Of a stretch of DNA of 64,000 nucleotides, positions 1 through 12,931 are shown one piece after another. The stretch is taken from positions 34,472,001 through 34,536,000 of the forward strand of contig OZ024741.1 of the NCBI GenBank assembly GCA_964016885.1, read 5' to 3'. This stretch comes from Eledone cirrhosa (Eukaryota). Each line of letters starts with the position of its first letter. The stretch's first letter is position 1. The position numbers and the translations under genes were made by a program. The notes below the pieces were generated by a model. The model did not search any database and had not been told where the DNA came from. It saw only the letters and a program-made list of their open reading frames with translations.

Positions 1-310
1 AAAAAAATATGACTCCCGCTGCAATAAAAAATGATTAGCTTTGTAAATGGTATTTCCACCCACATACTCCCTCTTTTTTCTACAAAGCTAGCCATTTTCG
101 TCGGGTTTCCATGTCATAACCATTGATAATATGTGCAAAAAATATTAATTTGCGAGCACCATTTATATCAAATTGGGTGGTAAGCACTAAAAAAAAAAAG
201 GCCAGGAGAAAGTTTGTCACACCAAGATCAATAGCTTGGAGTGATGTAGTATGGTGTGGTTTGGTGAAGTTTCTACAAAGATAGTCATTTTCGACAAGTT
301 TCCATGTCAT

Positions 311-402
311 AATTGTTTCTACGTTAGGCACAAGGCCAGCAATTACCCAGTGTATTACTGGTACTTTATTTTATCGACCCCGTAAGGATGAAAGGCAAAG
401 TC
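311..402 (-). mobile_element. 5'-truncated tRNA-derived SINE (Nin-domain-like) inserted in the satellite
   Basis: Same sequence as the SINE 3' half at 18785-18875; flanked by duplicated gtcataat. Confidence 0.85.
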
Positions 403-3114
403 ATAATGATTGATAATATGTGTAAAAAAAAATAGTCAATTGGGAGCACATTTAATGTCAGATTGGGTGGTAAGCACACACACAAATAAAAAAAAAAGGA
501 AACGGGAAGAAAATTGTTCACAGCAAGATCAATACCTTGGTGTGATTTAGTATGGTGTAACTTGGTATGGTGTGGTTTGGTTTGGTGAAGTTATGAAATG
601 GAAACCAATTGTAAACGATAGGTTCCCATGTCATATTCACTGGTAATGTGTGGGAAAATAGTCATTTGCAAGCACCTTTGATGTTAGTTTGGGTGGTTAC
701 CACAAAAAAAAGCAGGAAGCAAATTTGTCACGTTGATGTCCATATTATTGTGTGATGTAAATGGTAGAAGTAGGTGTTCTGTAATAAATTTACCATATGG
801 TGAAGTATGGTGTAGTTTGATATGGTGAGGTTAGGGGTAGATTAATGTGATGTGGTGTGCTTTGTTATAAGTAAGGATTTAAATTTCCACTTTGATTTAT
901 GTTAGACAAAAGATGTTTCCTTCATTTTTGCATGTGCTATCAACTTCCAAGATGCTCTCAGTTGACTATGCTTTTAGCATATTAACAAAAAATATGACTT
1001 CCGCTGCAATAAAAAATGACAAGCTTTGTAAATGGTATTTCCACCCACATCCTCCCTTATTTTTTCTACAAAGCTAGTCATTTTCGTCGGGTTTCCATGT
1101 CATAATGATTGATAATATGTGCAAAAAATAGTAATTTGCGAGCACCTTTTATATCAAATTGGGTGGTAAGGACTAAAAAAAAAAAAAGGCCAGGAGAAAG
1201 TTTGTCACACCAAGATAAATAGCTTGGTGTGTTGTAGTATGGTGTGGTTTGGTGAAGTTTCTACAAAGATAGTCATTTTCGACAGGTTTCCATGTCATAA
1301 TGATTGATAATATGTGAAATAAAATAGTCAATTGGGAGTACCTTTAATGTCAGATTGGGTGGTAAGCACACACAAAAATAAAAAAAAGGAAACGGGAAGA
1401 AAATTCTTCAGACCAAGATCAATACCGTGGTGTGATTTAGTATGGTATAACTTGGTATGGTGTGGTTTGGTTTGGTTTGGTTTGTTTGGTTTGGTGAAGT
1501 TATGAAATGGAAACCAATTGTACACGATAGGTTCCCATGTCATATTCACTGATAATGTGTGGGAAAATAGTCATTTGCAAGCACCTTTGATGTTAGTTTG
1601 GGTGGTAACCACAAAAAAAAAGCTGGTAGTAAATTTGTCGCATTGATGTCCATACCATGGTGTCATGTAAATGGTAGGAGTAGGTGTTCTGTAATAAATT
1701 TACCATAATATGGTGAAGTATGGTGTAGTTTGATATGGTGTGGATTGGGGTAGATTAATGTGGTGTGGTATGCTTTGTTATAAGTAAGGATTTAAATTTC
1801 CGCTTTGATTTGTGTTAGAAAAAAATGTTTTCTTCATTTTTGCATGTGATTTCTACTATTACAACTTCCAAGATGCTTGCAGTGGACTATGCTTTTAGTA
1901 TATTAACAAAAAATATGACTTCCGCCGCAATAAAAAATGACTAGCTTTGTAAATGGTATTTCCACCCACATACTCCCTCTTTTTTTAACAAAGCTAGTCA
2001 TTTTCGTCGTGTTTCCATGTCATAACCATTGATAATATGTACAAAAAATATTAATTTCCGAGCACCTTTTATATCAAATTGGGTGGTAAGTACAAAAAAA
2101 AGGCCAGGGGAAAGTTTGTCACACTAAGATCAATAGCTTGGTGTGCTGTAGTATGGTGTGGTTTGGTGAAGTTTCTACAAAGATAGTCATTTTCGACAAG
2201 TTTCCATGTCATAATGATTGATAATATGTGAAAAAAAAATAGTAAATTGGGAGCACCTTTCTCAGATTGGGTGGTAAGCACACACACAAATAAAAAAAAG
2301 GAAACAGGAAGAAAATTGTTCAGAGCAAGATCAATACCTTGGTGTGATTTAGTATGGTGTAACATGGTATGGTGTGGTTTGGTTTGTTGAAGTTATGAAA
2401 TTGAAACCAGTTGTAAACGATAGGTTTCCATGTCATAGTCACTGATAATGTGTGGGCAAAATAGTCATTTGCAAGCACCTTTGATGTTAGTTAGGGTGGT
2501 AACCAGAAAAAAAAGCAGGTAGCAAATTTGTCACATTGATGTCCATACCATGGTGTGATGTAAATGGTAGGAGTAGGTGTTCTGTAATAAATTTACCATA
2601 TGGTGAAGTATGGTGTAGTTTGATATGGTGCGATTAGGGGTAGATTAATGTGTTGTGGTGTGCTTTGTTATAAGTAAGGATTTAAATTTCCATTTTGATT
2701 TATGTTAGACAAAAAATTTTTCCTTCATTTTTGCATGTGCTATCAACTATTACAACTTCCAAGATGCTCGCAGTGGACTATGCTTTTAACATATTAACAA
2801 AAAATATGACTTCCGCTGCAATAAAAAATGACTAGCTTTGTAAATGATATTTCCACCCACATCCTCCCTTCTTTTTTCTACAAAGCTAGTCATTTTCGTC
2901 GGGTTTCCATGTCATAACCAATGATATGTGAAAAAAAATAGTAATTTGCGAGCACTTTTTATATCAAATTGGGTGGTAAGCACTAAAAAAAAAAAAAAAA
3001 AAAAACCAGGAGAAAGTTGGTCACACCAAGATCAATAGCTTGGTGTGATGTAGTATGGTGTGGTTTGGTGAAGTTTCTACAAAGATAGTCATTTTCGACA
3101 GGATACCATGTCAT

Positions 3115-3205
3115 AATTGTTTCTACGTTAGGCACAAGGCCAGCAATTACCAGTGTATTACTGGTACTTTATTTTATCGACCCCGTAAGGATGAAAGGCA
3201 AAGTC
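3115..3205 (-). mobile_element. Second copy of the same truncated SINE at the homologous satellite site
   Basis: Near-identical to 311-402; flanked by atgtcataat. Confidence 0.85.
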
Positions 3206-6200
3206 AATGTCATAATAATTGATAATATGTGAAATTAAAATAGTCAATTGGGAGCACCTTTAATGTCAGATTGGGTGGTAAGCACACACACAAATAAAAA
3301 AAAGGAAACGGGAAGAAAATTTTTCAGACCAAGATCAATACCTTGGTGTGATTTAGTATGGTGTAACTTGGTATGGCGTGGTTTGGTTTGGTGAAGTTAT
3401 GAAATGGAAACCAATTGTAAACGATAGGTTTCCATGGCATAGTCACTGATAATGTGTGGGAAAATAGTCATTTGCAAGCACCTTTGATGTTAGTTTGGGT
3501 GGTTACCACAAAAAAAAAAAGCAGGTAGCAAATTTGTCACATTGATGTCCATACCATGGTGTGATGTAAATAGTAGGAGTAGGTGTTCTGTAATACATTT
3601 ACCATATGGTGAAGTATGGTGTAGTTTGATATGGTGCGGTTTGGGGTAGATTAATGTGATGTGGTGTGCTTTGTTATAAGCAAGTATTTAAATTTCCACT
3701 ACATTTATGTTAGACAAAATATTTTTCCTTTATTTTTGCATGTGCTATCAACTATTACATCTTCCAAGATGCTCGCAGTGGACTATGCTTTTAGCATATT
3801 AACAAAAAATATGACTTCTGCTGCAATCAAAAATGACTAGCTTTGTAAATGGTATTTCCACCCACATACTCCCTCTTTTTTCTACAAAGCTAGTCATTTT
3901 CGTCGGGTTTCCATGTCATAACGATTGATAATATGTGCAAAAAAAATAGTCAATTGGGAGCACCTTTAATGTCAGATTGGGTGGTAAGCACACACACAAA
4001 TAAAAAAAGGAAACGGGAAGAAAATTTTTCAGACCAATATCAATACCGTGGTGTGATTTAGTATGGTATAACTTGGTATAGTGTGGTTTGGTTTGGTTTG
4101 ATGAAGTTATGAAATGGAAACCAATTGTACACGATAGGTTCCCATGTCATATTCACTGATAATGTGTGGGAAAATAGTCATTTGCAAGCAACTTTGACGT
4201 TAGTTTGGGTGGTAACCACAAAAAAAAAAGCAGGTAGCAAATTTGTCACATTGATGTCCATACCATGGTGTCATGTAAATGGTAGGAGTAGGTGTTCTGT
4301 AATAAATTTACCATAATATGGTGAAGTATGTTTATGGTGAAGTATGGTGTAGTTTGATATAGTATGGATTGGGGTAGATTAATGTGGTGTGGTGTGCTTT
4401 GTTATAAGTAAGGATTTAAATTTCCACTGTGATTTATGTTAGAAAATAAATTTTTCCTTCATTTTTACATGTGCTATCAACTATTACAACTTCCAATATG
4501 CTCGCAGTGGACTATGCTTTCAGTATATTAACAAAAAATATGACTTCCGACACAATAAAAAATGACTAGCTTTGTAAATGGTATTTCCACCCACATCCTC
4601 CCTCATTTTCCTACAAAGCTAGTCATTTTAGTCAGGTTTCCATGTCCTAACCATTGATAATATGTGCAAAAAAATAGTAATTTGCGAGCACCTTTTATAT
4701 CAAATTGGGTGGTAATCATAAAAAAAAAAAAAGCCCAGAAGAAAATTTGTCACACCAAGATCAATAGCTTGGTGTGATGTAGTATTTTGTGGTTTGTTGA
4801 AGTTTCTACAAAGATAGTCATTTTCGACAGGTTTCCATGTCATAATGATTGATAATACGTGAAAAAAAAATAGTAAATTGGGAGCACATTTAATGTCAGA
4901 TTGGGTGGTAAGCACACACACAAATAAAAAAAAAAGGAAACGGGAAGAAACTTTTTCTGACCAAGAACAATACCTTGGTGTGATTTAGTATGGTATACCT
5001 TGGTATGGTGTGGTGTGGTTTGGTTTGGTGAAGTTATGAAATGGAAACCAATTGTAAATGATAGATTCCCATGTCATATTCATTGATAATGTGGGAAAAT
5101 AGTCATTTGCAAGCACTTTTGATGTTAGTTTGGGTGGTAAGCACAAAAAAAAAAAAATCAGGTTACAAATTTGTCACGTTGATGTCCATACTATGGTGTG
5201 ATGTAAATGGTAGGAGTAGATGTTCTGTAACAAATTTACCATGTTGTGAAGTATGGTGTAGTGTGAAATGGTGTGGATTGGGGTAGATTAATGTGGTGTG
5301 GTGTGCTTTGTTATAAGTAAGGATTTAAATTTCCACTTTGATTTGTGTTAGAAAAAAAAATTTTCCATCATTTTTGCATGTGCTATCAACTAAAACAACT
5401 TCCAAGATGCTCGCAGTGGACTATGCTTTTTGTATATTAACAAAAAATATGACTTCCGCCGCAATAAAAAATGACTAGCTTTGTAAATGGTATTTCTACC
5501 CACATCCTCCCTCTTTTTTCTACAAAGATAGTCATTTTGGACAGGTTTCCATGCCATAATTATTGATATGTGCCAAAAATAGTCAATTGCAGCACCTTTG
5601 ATGTCAGATTGGGTGGTAAGAACACACACAAAAAAAAAGAAACAGGAAGAAAATTTTTCACACTGAGATGAAAAGCATGGTGTGATGTAGAATGGTGTAG
5701 TTAGTTATGGTGTGGTTTTGATTGTTGTAGTTATGACATGGGAACCTATTGCAAATGATAGGTTTCCATGTTATATACATTGATAATGTGTAACAAAATA
5801 GTCATTTGTGAGCACCTTTAATATCAGATTGGGTGGTAAGCACACACAGAAAAAAAAAAGCAGGAAGAAAAATGTTCTCACTGAGATTAATAGCATGGTG
5901 TAGTTTGATGTAGTTTGGTATGGTGTAGTTTGATGTAGTTTAATGTGGTGTTGTTTTCCAACCTCCAACATGCTCACAGCCGACTATGCTTTTACCATAT
6001 TAACAACAAATATGACTTTCACTGCAATCAAAAATGACAAGCTTTGTGAATGGTATTTCCACCCACTTTCCGCCCTCTTTTTTCTACAAAGCTAGTCGTT
6101 TTCAACAGTTTTCAAAGTCTTCATTGATAATATGTGCAAAAAATAGTTAATTGCGAACACTTTTAATGTCAGATTGGGTGGTAAGCACACACAAAAAAAA

Positions 6201-6534
6201 AAAAAAAAATAAGCAGGAAGAAAATTTTTCACACCGAGTTCAATAGCATGGTGTGATGTAGTATGGTGTAGTTTGTTATGGTGTGGTTTGGTTTGGTGAG
6301 TTTGGTATGGTTTGGTTTGGTGTAGTTATAACATGGAAACCTATCATAAATTTACCAAGGTATGGTATAATCTGGTTTGGTGTAGTGTAGGTTAGTGTGG
6401 AGTGGTGTGCTGTGTTATTGTGTTGCATCGTATAGCGTGATTCTCTTTAAATTAAAATCATTAAAATGTAATGCCTATCTTCTATATCTTAAAGAGTGAC
6501 CTTAAATGTGATTGCAAATGACTTTTTTCGCTGG

Positions 6535-9500
6535 ATTAATGTTAGATTTAGGGTTAGTGTTAGTTTTACTGTTAATGGTTAGTTTATTGTTAGTGACTGT
6601 GTTACTGTTAGCATTACTGTTAGTGTTACTGTAACTGTTACTCTTACAGTTACTGTTTGCGTTACTGTCTGCGTCAGCGTTAGCATTTGCATAAGTGTCT
6701 ATGTAAGCTTTTGTGTTAGTGTCTATGTAGACTGGTGTTAGCATCTGCGTTAGTGTTTGGATTAGCCTTAGTGTTTGCGTAAGTGTCAGCATCTATGTCA
6801 GCATTTGCGTCAGCGTCTGCATTGGTGATAGTGATTGTGTCAGCATTTCCCTTAGCATCTGAGTCAACATTAGTGTTAGCATTAGCATTTGTTTCAGTGC
6901 CTACGTCTACGTCAGCTTCTGAGTCAGCATTAACATTAGCGGCCGCGTCAGCACTTGTGTCAGCATCAGCGTTTGCCTCAGCGTCAGCGTTTGCATCAGC
7001 ATGCACGTCAGCATTCACATTAGCGTTAGCGACAGCGTTTCCTTTAACGTCTTTGTCAGTGTTTCCATTAGCTTCTACGTCAGCATTTCCGTTAGCGTCT
7101 GTGTCAGTGTCAGTATTTACATCAGCGTCAGTGTTTGCGTTAGCGTCTGTGTCAGCGTTTACGTTAGCTTCTACGTCAGCGTTTCCGTAACGTCTACGTC
7201 AGCGTTTCCGTTAGCATTGGCGTTTCCATCAACCTTTCTTGTGGCGTCCGCATCATTGCAGCGTCTGCATATCCCATGTAAGCGTTAACTTCAGCATTTG
7301 CGTCAGCGTTAGCCTTAGCCCTAGCGTCCGCATCAGCATTTGTGTTAGCGTCAGCATACACGTCAGCGCCGGCAAAACTGCCTCAACATTTGCGTCAGCG
7401 TTAGCGTTAGCTTTGGCTTCAGCAATCCGCATCAGCAATTGCGTTTTGGAGATCAGCTTCGGCGGTAAGGGTAAACGCTAACTTCTACGCCTGCATCTAC
7501 GTTAACAACTACGTCAGTGTTTTGTTAGCTTCTACGTCAGCGTTTACGTTAGCTTCTACGTCAGCATCTACATTAGCTTCTACGTCAACGTTTACGTTAA
7601 CATCTATGTCATCGTTTACGTTAGCTTCTACGTCAGCGTCAACATCTACGTCATCGTTTACGTTAGCTTCTACGTCAGCATCTACATTAGCTTCTACGTC
7701 AACGTTTACATTAACATCTATGTCATCGTTTACGTTAGCTTCTACGTCAACATCTACATTAGCTTCTACGTCAGCGTTTACGTTAGTGTCTGTGTCAGCG
7801 TTTATGTTAGCTTCTACGTCAGCATCTGTGTCAGCGTCTGTATTTACATCTACATCAGCGTCACCATTTACATTAGCGTCTGTGTCAGCATTTACGTTAG
7901 CTTCTAAGTCATCGTTTATGTTAGCGTCTGCGTCATCATTTACGTTAGTGTCTGTGTCAACGTGTGTTAGCATCTGTGTCAGCGTTTACGTTAGCATCTG
8001 CGTCAGTGTTTACGTTAGCATCTGCGTCAGTGTTTACGTTAGTGTCTGTGACAGCGTGTGTTAGCGTCTGCATCAGCATTTATGTTAGCGTCTGCGTCAG
8101 CGTTTTCATTAGTGTTTGCATCAGTGTTTCCTTTTGCTTCTACGTCAATGTTTACGTCTGCGTTAAGGTTCACATTAGCATCGCTGTCATCGTTTGCTTT
8201 AGCATTTGCGTTTGCTTTAGCATCTGCATCAACATCTGCGTCTGTGTTTGCATTAGTGTCTGCATTTGCTTTAGTGTTTGCATCAGCGTGAGCATTTGTG
8301 TCAGTGTCCATGTCAGTGTTAGAGTCTGTGTAGCATTTACATCAGCGTTTGTGTTAGCGTCTGCGTCAGAGTCTTCGTCAGCATTCGCCTTTGCACCTGC
8401 ATCAGTATTCATGTTAGTGTTTGTGTCAGCGTAAGCGATTGTGTCAACATTTGCACTAGCGTTTGTGTCAGCATAGCCATCTTCGTCAGTATCAGCGTTG
8501 GCGTTAGTGTTGGTGTTCAGGTTATTATGAGTGTTAGTGTTTCCATTAGTGTTCGTGTTAGTGTTTGATTTTGTGTTAGTGTTAGTGTTAGCATTTCTGT
8601 TAGTGTTAGCATTATTATGCGTGTTAGTGTTCAGGTTAATGTTAGTCGTTCCATTAGTGTTAGTGTTTGTGTTAGTGTTCAGGTTAATGTTGACTTAGTT
8701 TTCTGGTTAGTGTTAGTTTTTAGGTTAGGGCTCGTGTTACTTTTAGTGTTGGTGCTCAGGCTAGTGGTTTATGGTAGTGTTAGTGTTCAGGTTAATGTTC
8801 GTGTTAATGTTAGTTTTAGTGTTAGTGTTCAGGTTAGTTTTAGTGCTAGTTTTCAGGTTAGTGTTAGTGTTTACGGTAGTGTTAGTTTTAGTGTTAGTGT
8901 CAGTGTTATTTTTTCCATTAGTGTTAGTGTTTAATTTTGTGTTAATGTTTGTGTTAGTGTTTCCATTAGTGTTAGTGATTGTGTTGGTGCTAGTCTTTGT
9001 TTTTCTGTTAATGTTAGTGTTTGTTTTAGTGTTGAGGTTAATGTTAGCTTAGTTTTCTGGTTAGTATCAGTTTTCAGATTAGTGTTCATGTTAGTTTTAG
9101 TGTTAGTGTTCGGGTTAGTGTTAGTGTTCAAGTTAATGTTAGTGTTAATGTTAGTTTTAGTGTTAAGGTTAGTGTTAGAGATTGTGTTAGTGTTAGTATT
9201 TGTTTTTGTGTTAATATTTGTGGTAGTATCTCTGTTAGCATTAGTGATTGATGTTTCCATTGGTGTTAGTGATTGTGTTAGCGTTAGTCTTTGTTTTTGT
9301 GTTAATGTTAGCATTAGTATTTCTGTTAGTGTTAGCATTAATGTTTGTGTTAGTGTCAGGTTAATGTTAGCTTAGTTTTCAGGTTAGTATTAGTGTTCAA
9401 GTTAATGTTAGTGTTAATGTTAGTTTTAGTGTTAGTGTTGAGGTTAGTGTTAGTGTTACTTTTAGTGTTAGTACTTGGGTCAGTGTTAACATTAGTGATT

Positions 9501-11160
9501 GATGTTTCCATTAGTGTTAGTGATTGTGTTAGTCTTTGTTTTTGTGTTAATGTTAGCGTTAATGTTAGCATTAGTATTTTTGTTAGTGTTAGCATTAGTG
9601 TTAGTGTTAAGGTTAATGTTAGCTTAGTTTTCAGGTTAGTGTTAGTGTTCAAGTTAATGTTTGTGTTAATGTTAGTTTTAGTGTTAGTGTTGAGGTTAGT
9701 GTTAGCGATCGTGTTAGTGTTTATTTTTGTGTTAACATTTGTGTTAGTATCTCTGTTAGCGTTAGTGTTTGTGTTCAGGTTAATGTTAGCTTAGTTTTCA
9801 GGTTAGTATTAGTGTTCAAGTTAATGTTAGTGTTAATGTTAGTTTTAGTGTTAGTGTTGAGGTTAGTGCTAGAGATTGTGTTAGTATTTGTGTTTGTGTT
9901 ACTTTTAGTATTAGTACTCAGGTCAGTGTTAATGTTTGTGTTACTGTTTATGGTAGTGTTAGTTTTAGTGCTAGTTTTCAGGTTAATGTTAGGGCAAATG
10001 TTAGTTTTAGTGTAAGTGTTCAGGTTAGTGTTAGTGTTCAAGTTAATGTTAGTGTTAATGTTAGTTTTAGTGTTAAGGTTAGTGTTAGAGATTGTGTTAG
10101 TGTTAGTATTTGTTTTTGTGTTAATATTTGTGTTAGTATCTCTGTTAGCATTAGTGTTTGATGTTTCCATTAGTGTTAGTGATTGTGTTAGCGTTAGTCT
10201 TTGTTTTTGTGTTAATGTTAGCGTTAATGTTAGCATTAGTATTTCTGTTAGTGTTAGCATTAGGGTTTATGTTAGTGTTCAGGTTAATGTTAGCTTAGTT
10301 TTCAGGTTAGTGTTAGTGTTCAAGTTAATGTTAGTGTTAGTGTTGAGGTTAGTGTTAGTGTTTGTTTTTGTGTTAATATTTGTGTTAGTATCTCTGTTAG
10401 CGTTAGTGTTTGTTTTAGTGTTGAAGTTAATGTTAGCTTAGTTTTCTGGTTAGTATCAGTTTTCAGATTAGTGTTTGCGTTAGTGTTGATGGTAGTGTTA
10501 GTTTTAGTGCTAGTGTTCGGCTAATGTTTGTGCTAATATTAGTTTTAGTGTAAGTGTTCAGGTTAGTGTTTGTGTTAGTGTTTGTATTAGTGTTTATTGT
10601 AGTGTTAGTTTTAGTGCTGGTGTTGCGGTTTGTGTTAGTGTCAGTTTTAGGTTAGTGTTTGTGTTAGTTTTAGTGCTAGTGTTCGGCTAATGTTTGTGCT
10701 AATATTAGTTTTAGTGTAAGTGTTCAGGTTAGTGTTTGTGTTAGTGTTTGTATTAGTGTTTATTGTAGTGTTAGTTTTAGTGCTGGTGTTGCGGTTAGTG
10801 TTAGTGTCAGTTTTAGGTTAGTGTTTGTGTTAGTGTTGATGGTAGTGTTAGTTTTAGTGCTAGTGTTCGGCTAATGTTTGTGCTAATATTAGTTTTAGTG
10901 TAAGTGTTCAGGTTAGTGTTTGTATTAGTGTTTACGGTAGTGTTAGTTTTAGTGCTGGTGTTCAGGTTAGTGTTAGTGTCAGTTTTAGTGTTAGTGTTCA
11001 GGTTAGTGTTTGTGTTAGTTTTCTATTTAATGTTAGTTTTCAGGTTTTGTGTTTGTGTTAGTTTTCATGTTAGCGCTAAGTTCACTGTTAGAGCATGTGT
11101 GAGTGCAAGTGTTAGGGTAAGTGTTATTTTTAAAGTTAGGTTTTAGCTTAAAGTTAGGTT
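6535..11160. repeat. Degenerate hexamer array (GCGTCA/ACGTTA grading into GTGTTA) with internal segmental duplications
   Basis: Six-base periodicity is visible throughout, giving low-complexity NADA/TNTN/VLVL ORFs in several frames. Blocks such as 9050-9370 and 10010-10470 are duplicated. Confidence 0.9.
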
Positions 11161-11486
11161 TTCTACTTTCCAGGAAAAAAGTTGATGCTCTCTAACTTGA
11201 GTGGTGTGATATAGTGTGGTAAAGTATAGTGTTTCATAGTCTTGTGTGGTGTTGTCTATTGTTGTATAGTGTAGTATGGCATATTGTTTCATAGCATGGT
11301 CTGATGTGAGGTCGTACAGTGTTTCGTAGTGTGGTGTTGGATAATGTGGCATGGTATTATGTTTGTCAGTGTGGTGTGGTATGGTATAGGTTGATGTAGT
11401 GTGGCTTAGTTTGATTATAATAATACAAATAATAATAACAATAATAATAGTAATAATAATTGTTCTTCTTGTTCATTTTCTTTGTC

Positions 11487-11645
11487 TTCATCTGTGCCTT
11501 TGTTTTCTTCTGTGCCTTTGACTGCTTCGGTGCCTTTGACTTCTTCTGTGCCTTTGTTTTCTTCTGTGCCTTTGACTGCTTCGGTGCCTTTGACTTCTTC
11601 TGTGCCTTTGACTGCTTCTGTGCCTTTGACTTCTTCTGTGCCTTT
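11487..11645. repeat. 18-bp minisatellite (cttctgtgcctttgactt/gactg)
   Basis: About 9 tandem copies. Confidence 0.9.
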
Positions 11646-11877
11646 ATCTTCTCCTCTGCCATCTAAATACCAAAAACAAAGAATGTAAAACATATATGTT
11701 GCCTGTCTCTCAGACTTTACGAAGTGCTGAGGAGATAAAGTTAATTTAAAGAGCAGTGTGCTCATGCACTGTGATCCTATAATGTAGCTTATAAGCTATT
11801 TCATAACTAAAAAACAATGTCAAACATCAACAAAAGTATATACAAATATCTTTGAATGTTTAAGTTAAACCTAAATA

Positions 11878-12036
11878 GATCGTATCTACAGGTCATTAGG
11901 TTAAGACTGAATTAAGATCATATCTATAAATCATTAGGTTTAGACTGAACTGAGATCATGTCTATGGGTCATTACATTAAGATTGATGTGTAATCATATC
12001 TATTGGTCATTAGGTTAAGATTGAACTGAAATCATA
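11878..12036. repeat. ~40-bp tandem repeat (atctacaggtcattaggttaagactgaattaagatcat), ~4 copies, plus one near 12434
   Basis: Direct comparison of units. Confidence 0.8.
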
Positions 12037-12614
12037 CTTTCTTCTTCTTCTTCTTCGTTTCGTCATCTTCGTTTTCCGCGTCTTCTTTGTCTTTGTTGCC
12101 ATTTTCATTTTAGTCGTCTGCTTTGTCTTCTTTTTCTTCTTTTCCATCTAAATATTTAAAAAAATTGTAAACAAATATATAGCTGATCTCTCAGACTTTC
12201 ACGAAACACAGTTAATATAAAGAGTGGGGAGCTTATATATATATATATATATGGTATAGCATGGTGTTATGTGGTCTGGTGTGGTACAACATGGTGTGAT
12301 GTGGTGTGGTATGATATGGTGAGGCGGGGGTGGGGGGGACACAGATTAATGTTAACAATACACATGTAGCATCCACATGTGATGAGAAGGGGGAGACAGT
12401 GTTTAACTAATTTTAACATTACATGTAGCATCCATCTACAGGTGATTAAGTTAAGACTGAGGTGTAATCATAAGAAAAGGTCAATTTAAAACTACACTGA
12501 GATTCTGCTTAAAATGATGGTCAATGAAGTGTTTACTTACTCAGATCCTTTGAAATAACTTTCTTTCTCTTACTGTAACTGGACATACCTACGAAATAGA
12601 AAACAGTTGAATAG

Positions 12615-12928
12615 ACAGTGGTGTGGTGTAGTGTGGTGTGGTGTAGTGTAGTGTAGTGGAGTGTAGTCTAGTGTAGTGTAGGGTAGTGGAGTGTGGTCTA
12701 GTGTAGTGGACAGTGGTGTGGTGTAGTGGAGTGTGGTTCAATGTAGGGTGGGGGATATGGTGTAGTGGAGTGTGGTGGCAGGTGGTGTGATGTGGTGTGA
12801 GGGCATGTGATGTGATGTGGTGTGATGGGGTGTGGTGTGGTGAGATGTGGTGTGGTGTGGTGAGATGTGGTGTGATGTGGTGTGGTGTTATGTTAGTGCC
12901 GATGTGGTGTGATGTGGTGTGATGTGAT
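12615..12928. repeat. (GTGTG/GTGTA/GTGGT)n pentamer microsatellite
   Basis: Five-base periodicity. Confidence 0.9.
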
Positions 12929-12931
12929 ATG

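Larger units (their letters stand above)
1..6350. repeat. Complex tandem satellite, ~0.6-1.0 kb units built from ~170-200 bp subrepeats
   Basis: The marker aaaatatgacttccgctgcaataaaaaatga recurs near 1, 990, 1910, 2800, 3805, 4535, 5445 and 6010. The subrepeat core ttgggtggtaagcac recurs several times per unit. Confidence 0.95.

Noticed and set aside
80-5977. Recurrent short ORFs (MTWKLVENDYLCRNF...) as a gene family
   Set aside because: Products of the satellite; frames break at variable poly-A runs.
6502-11146. Many 60-180 aa ORFs (NADA, TNTN, VLVL, SVSV) as acidic or structural proteins
   Set aside because: They are open in several frames on both strands because of hexamer periodicity, shift frame often, and show no splice structure.
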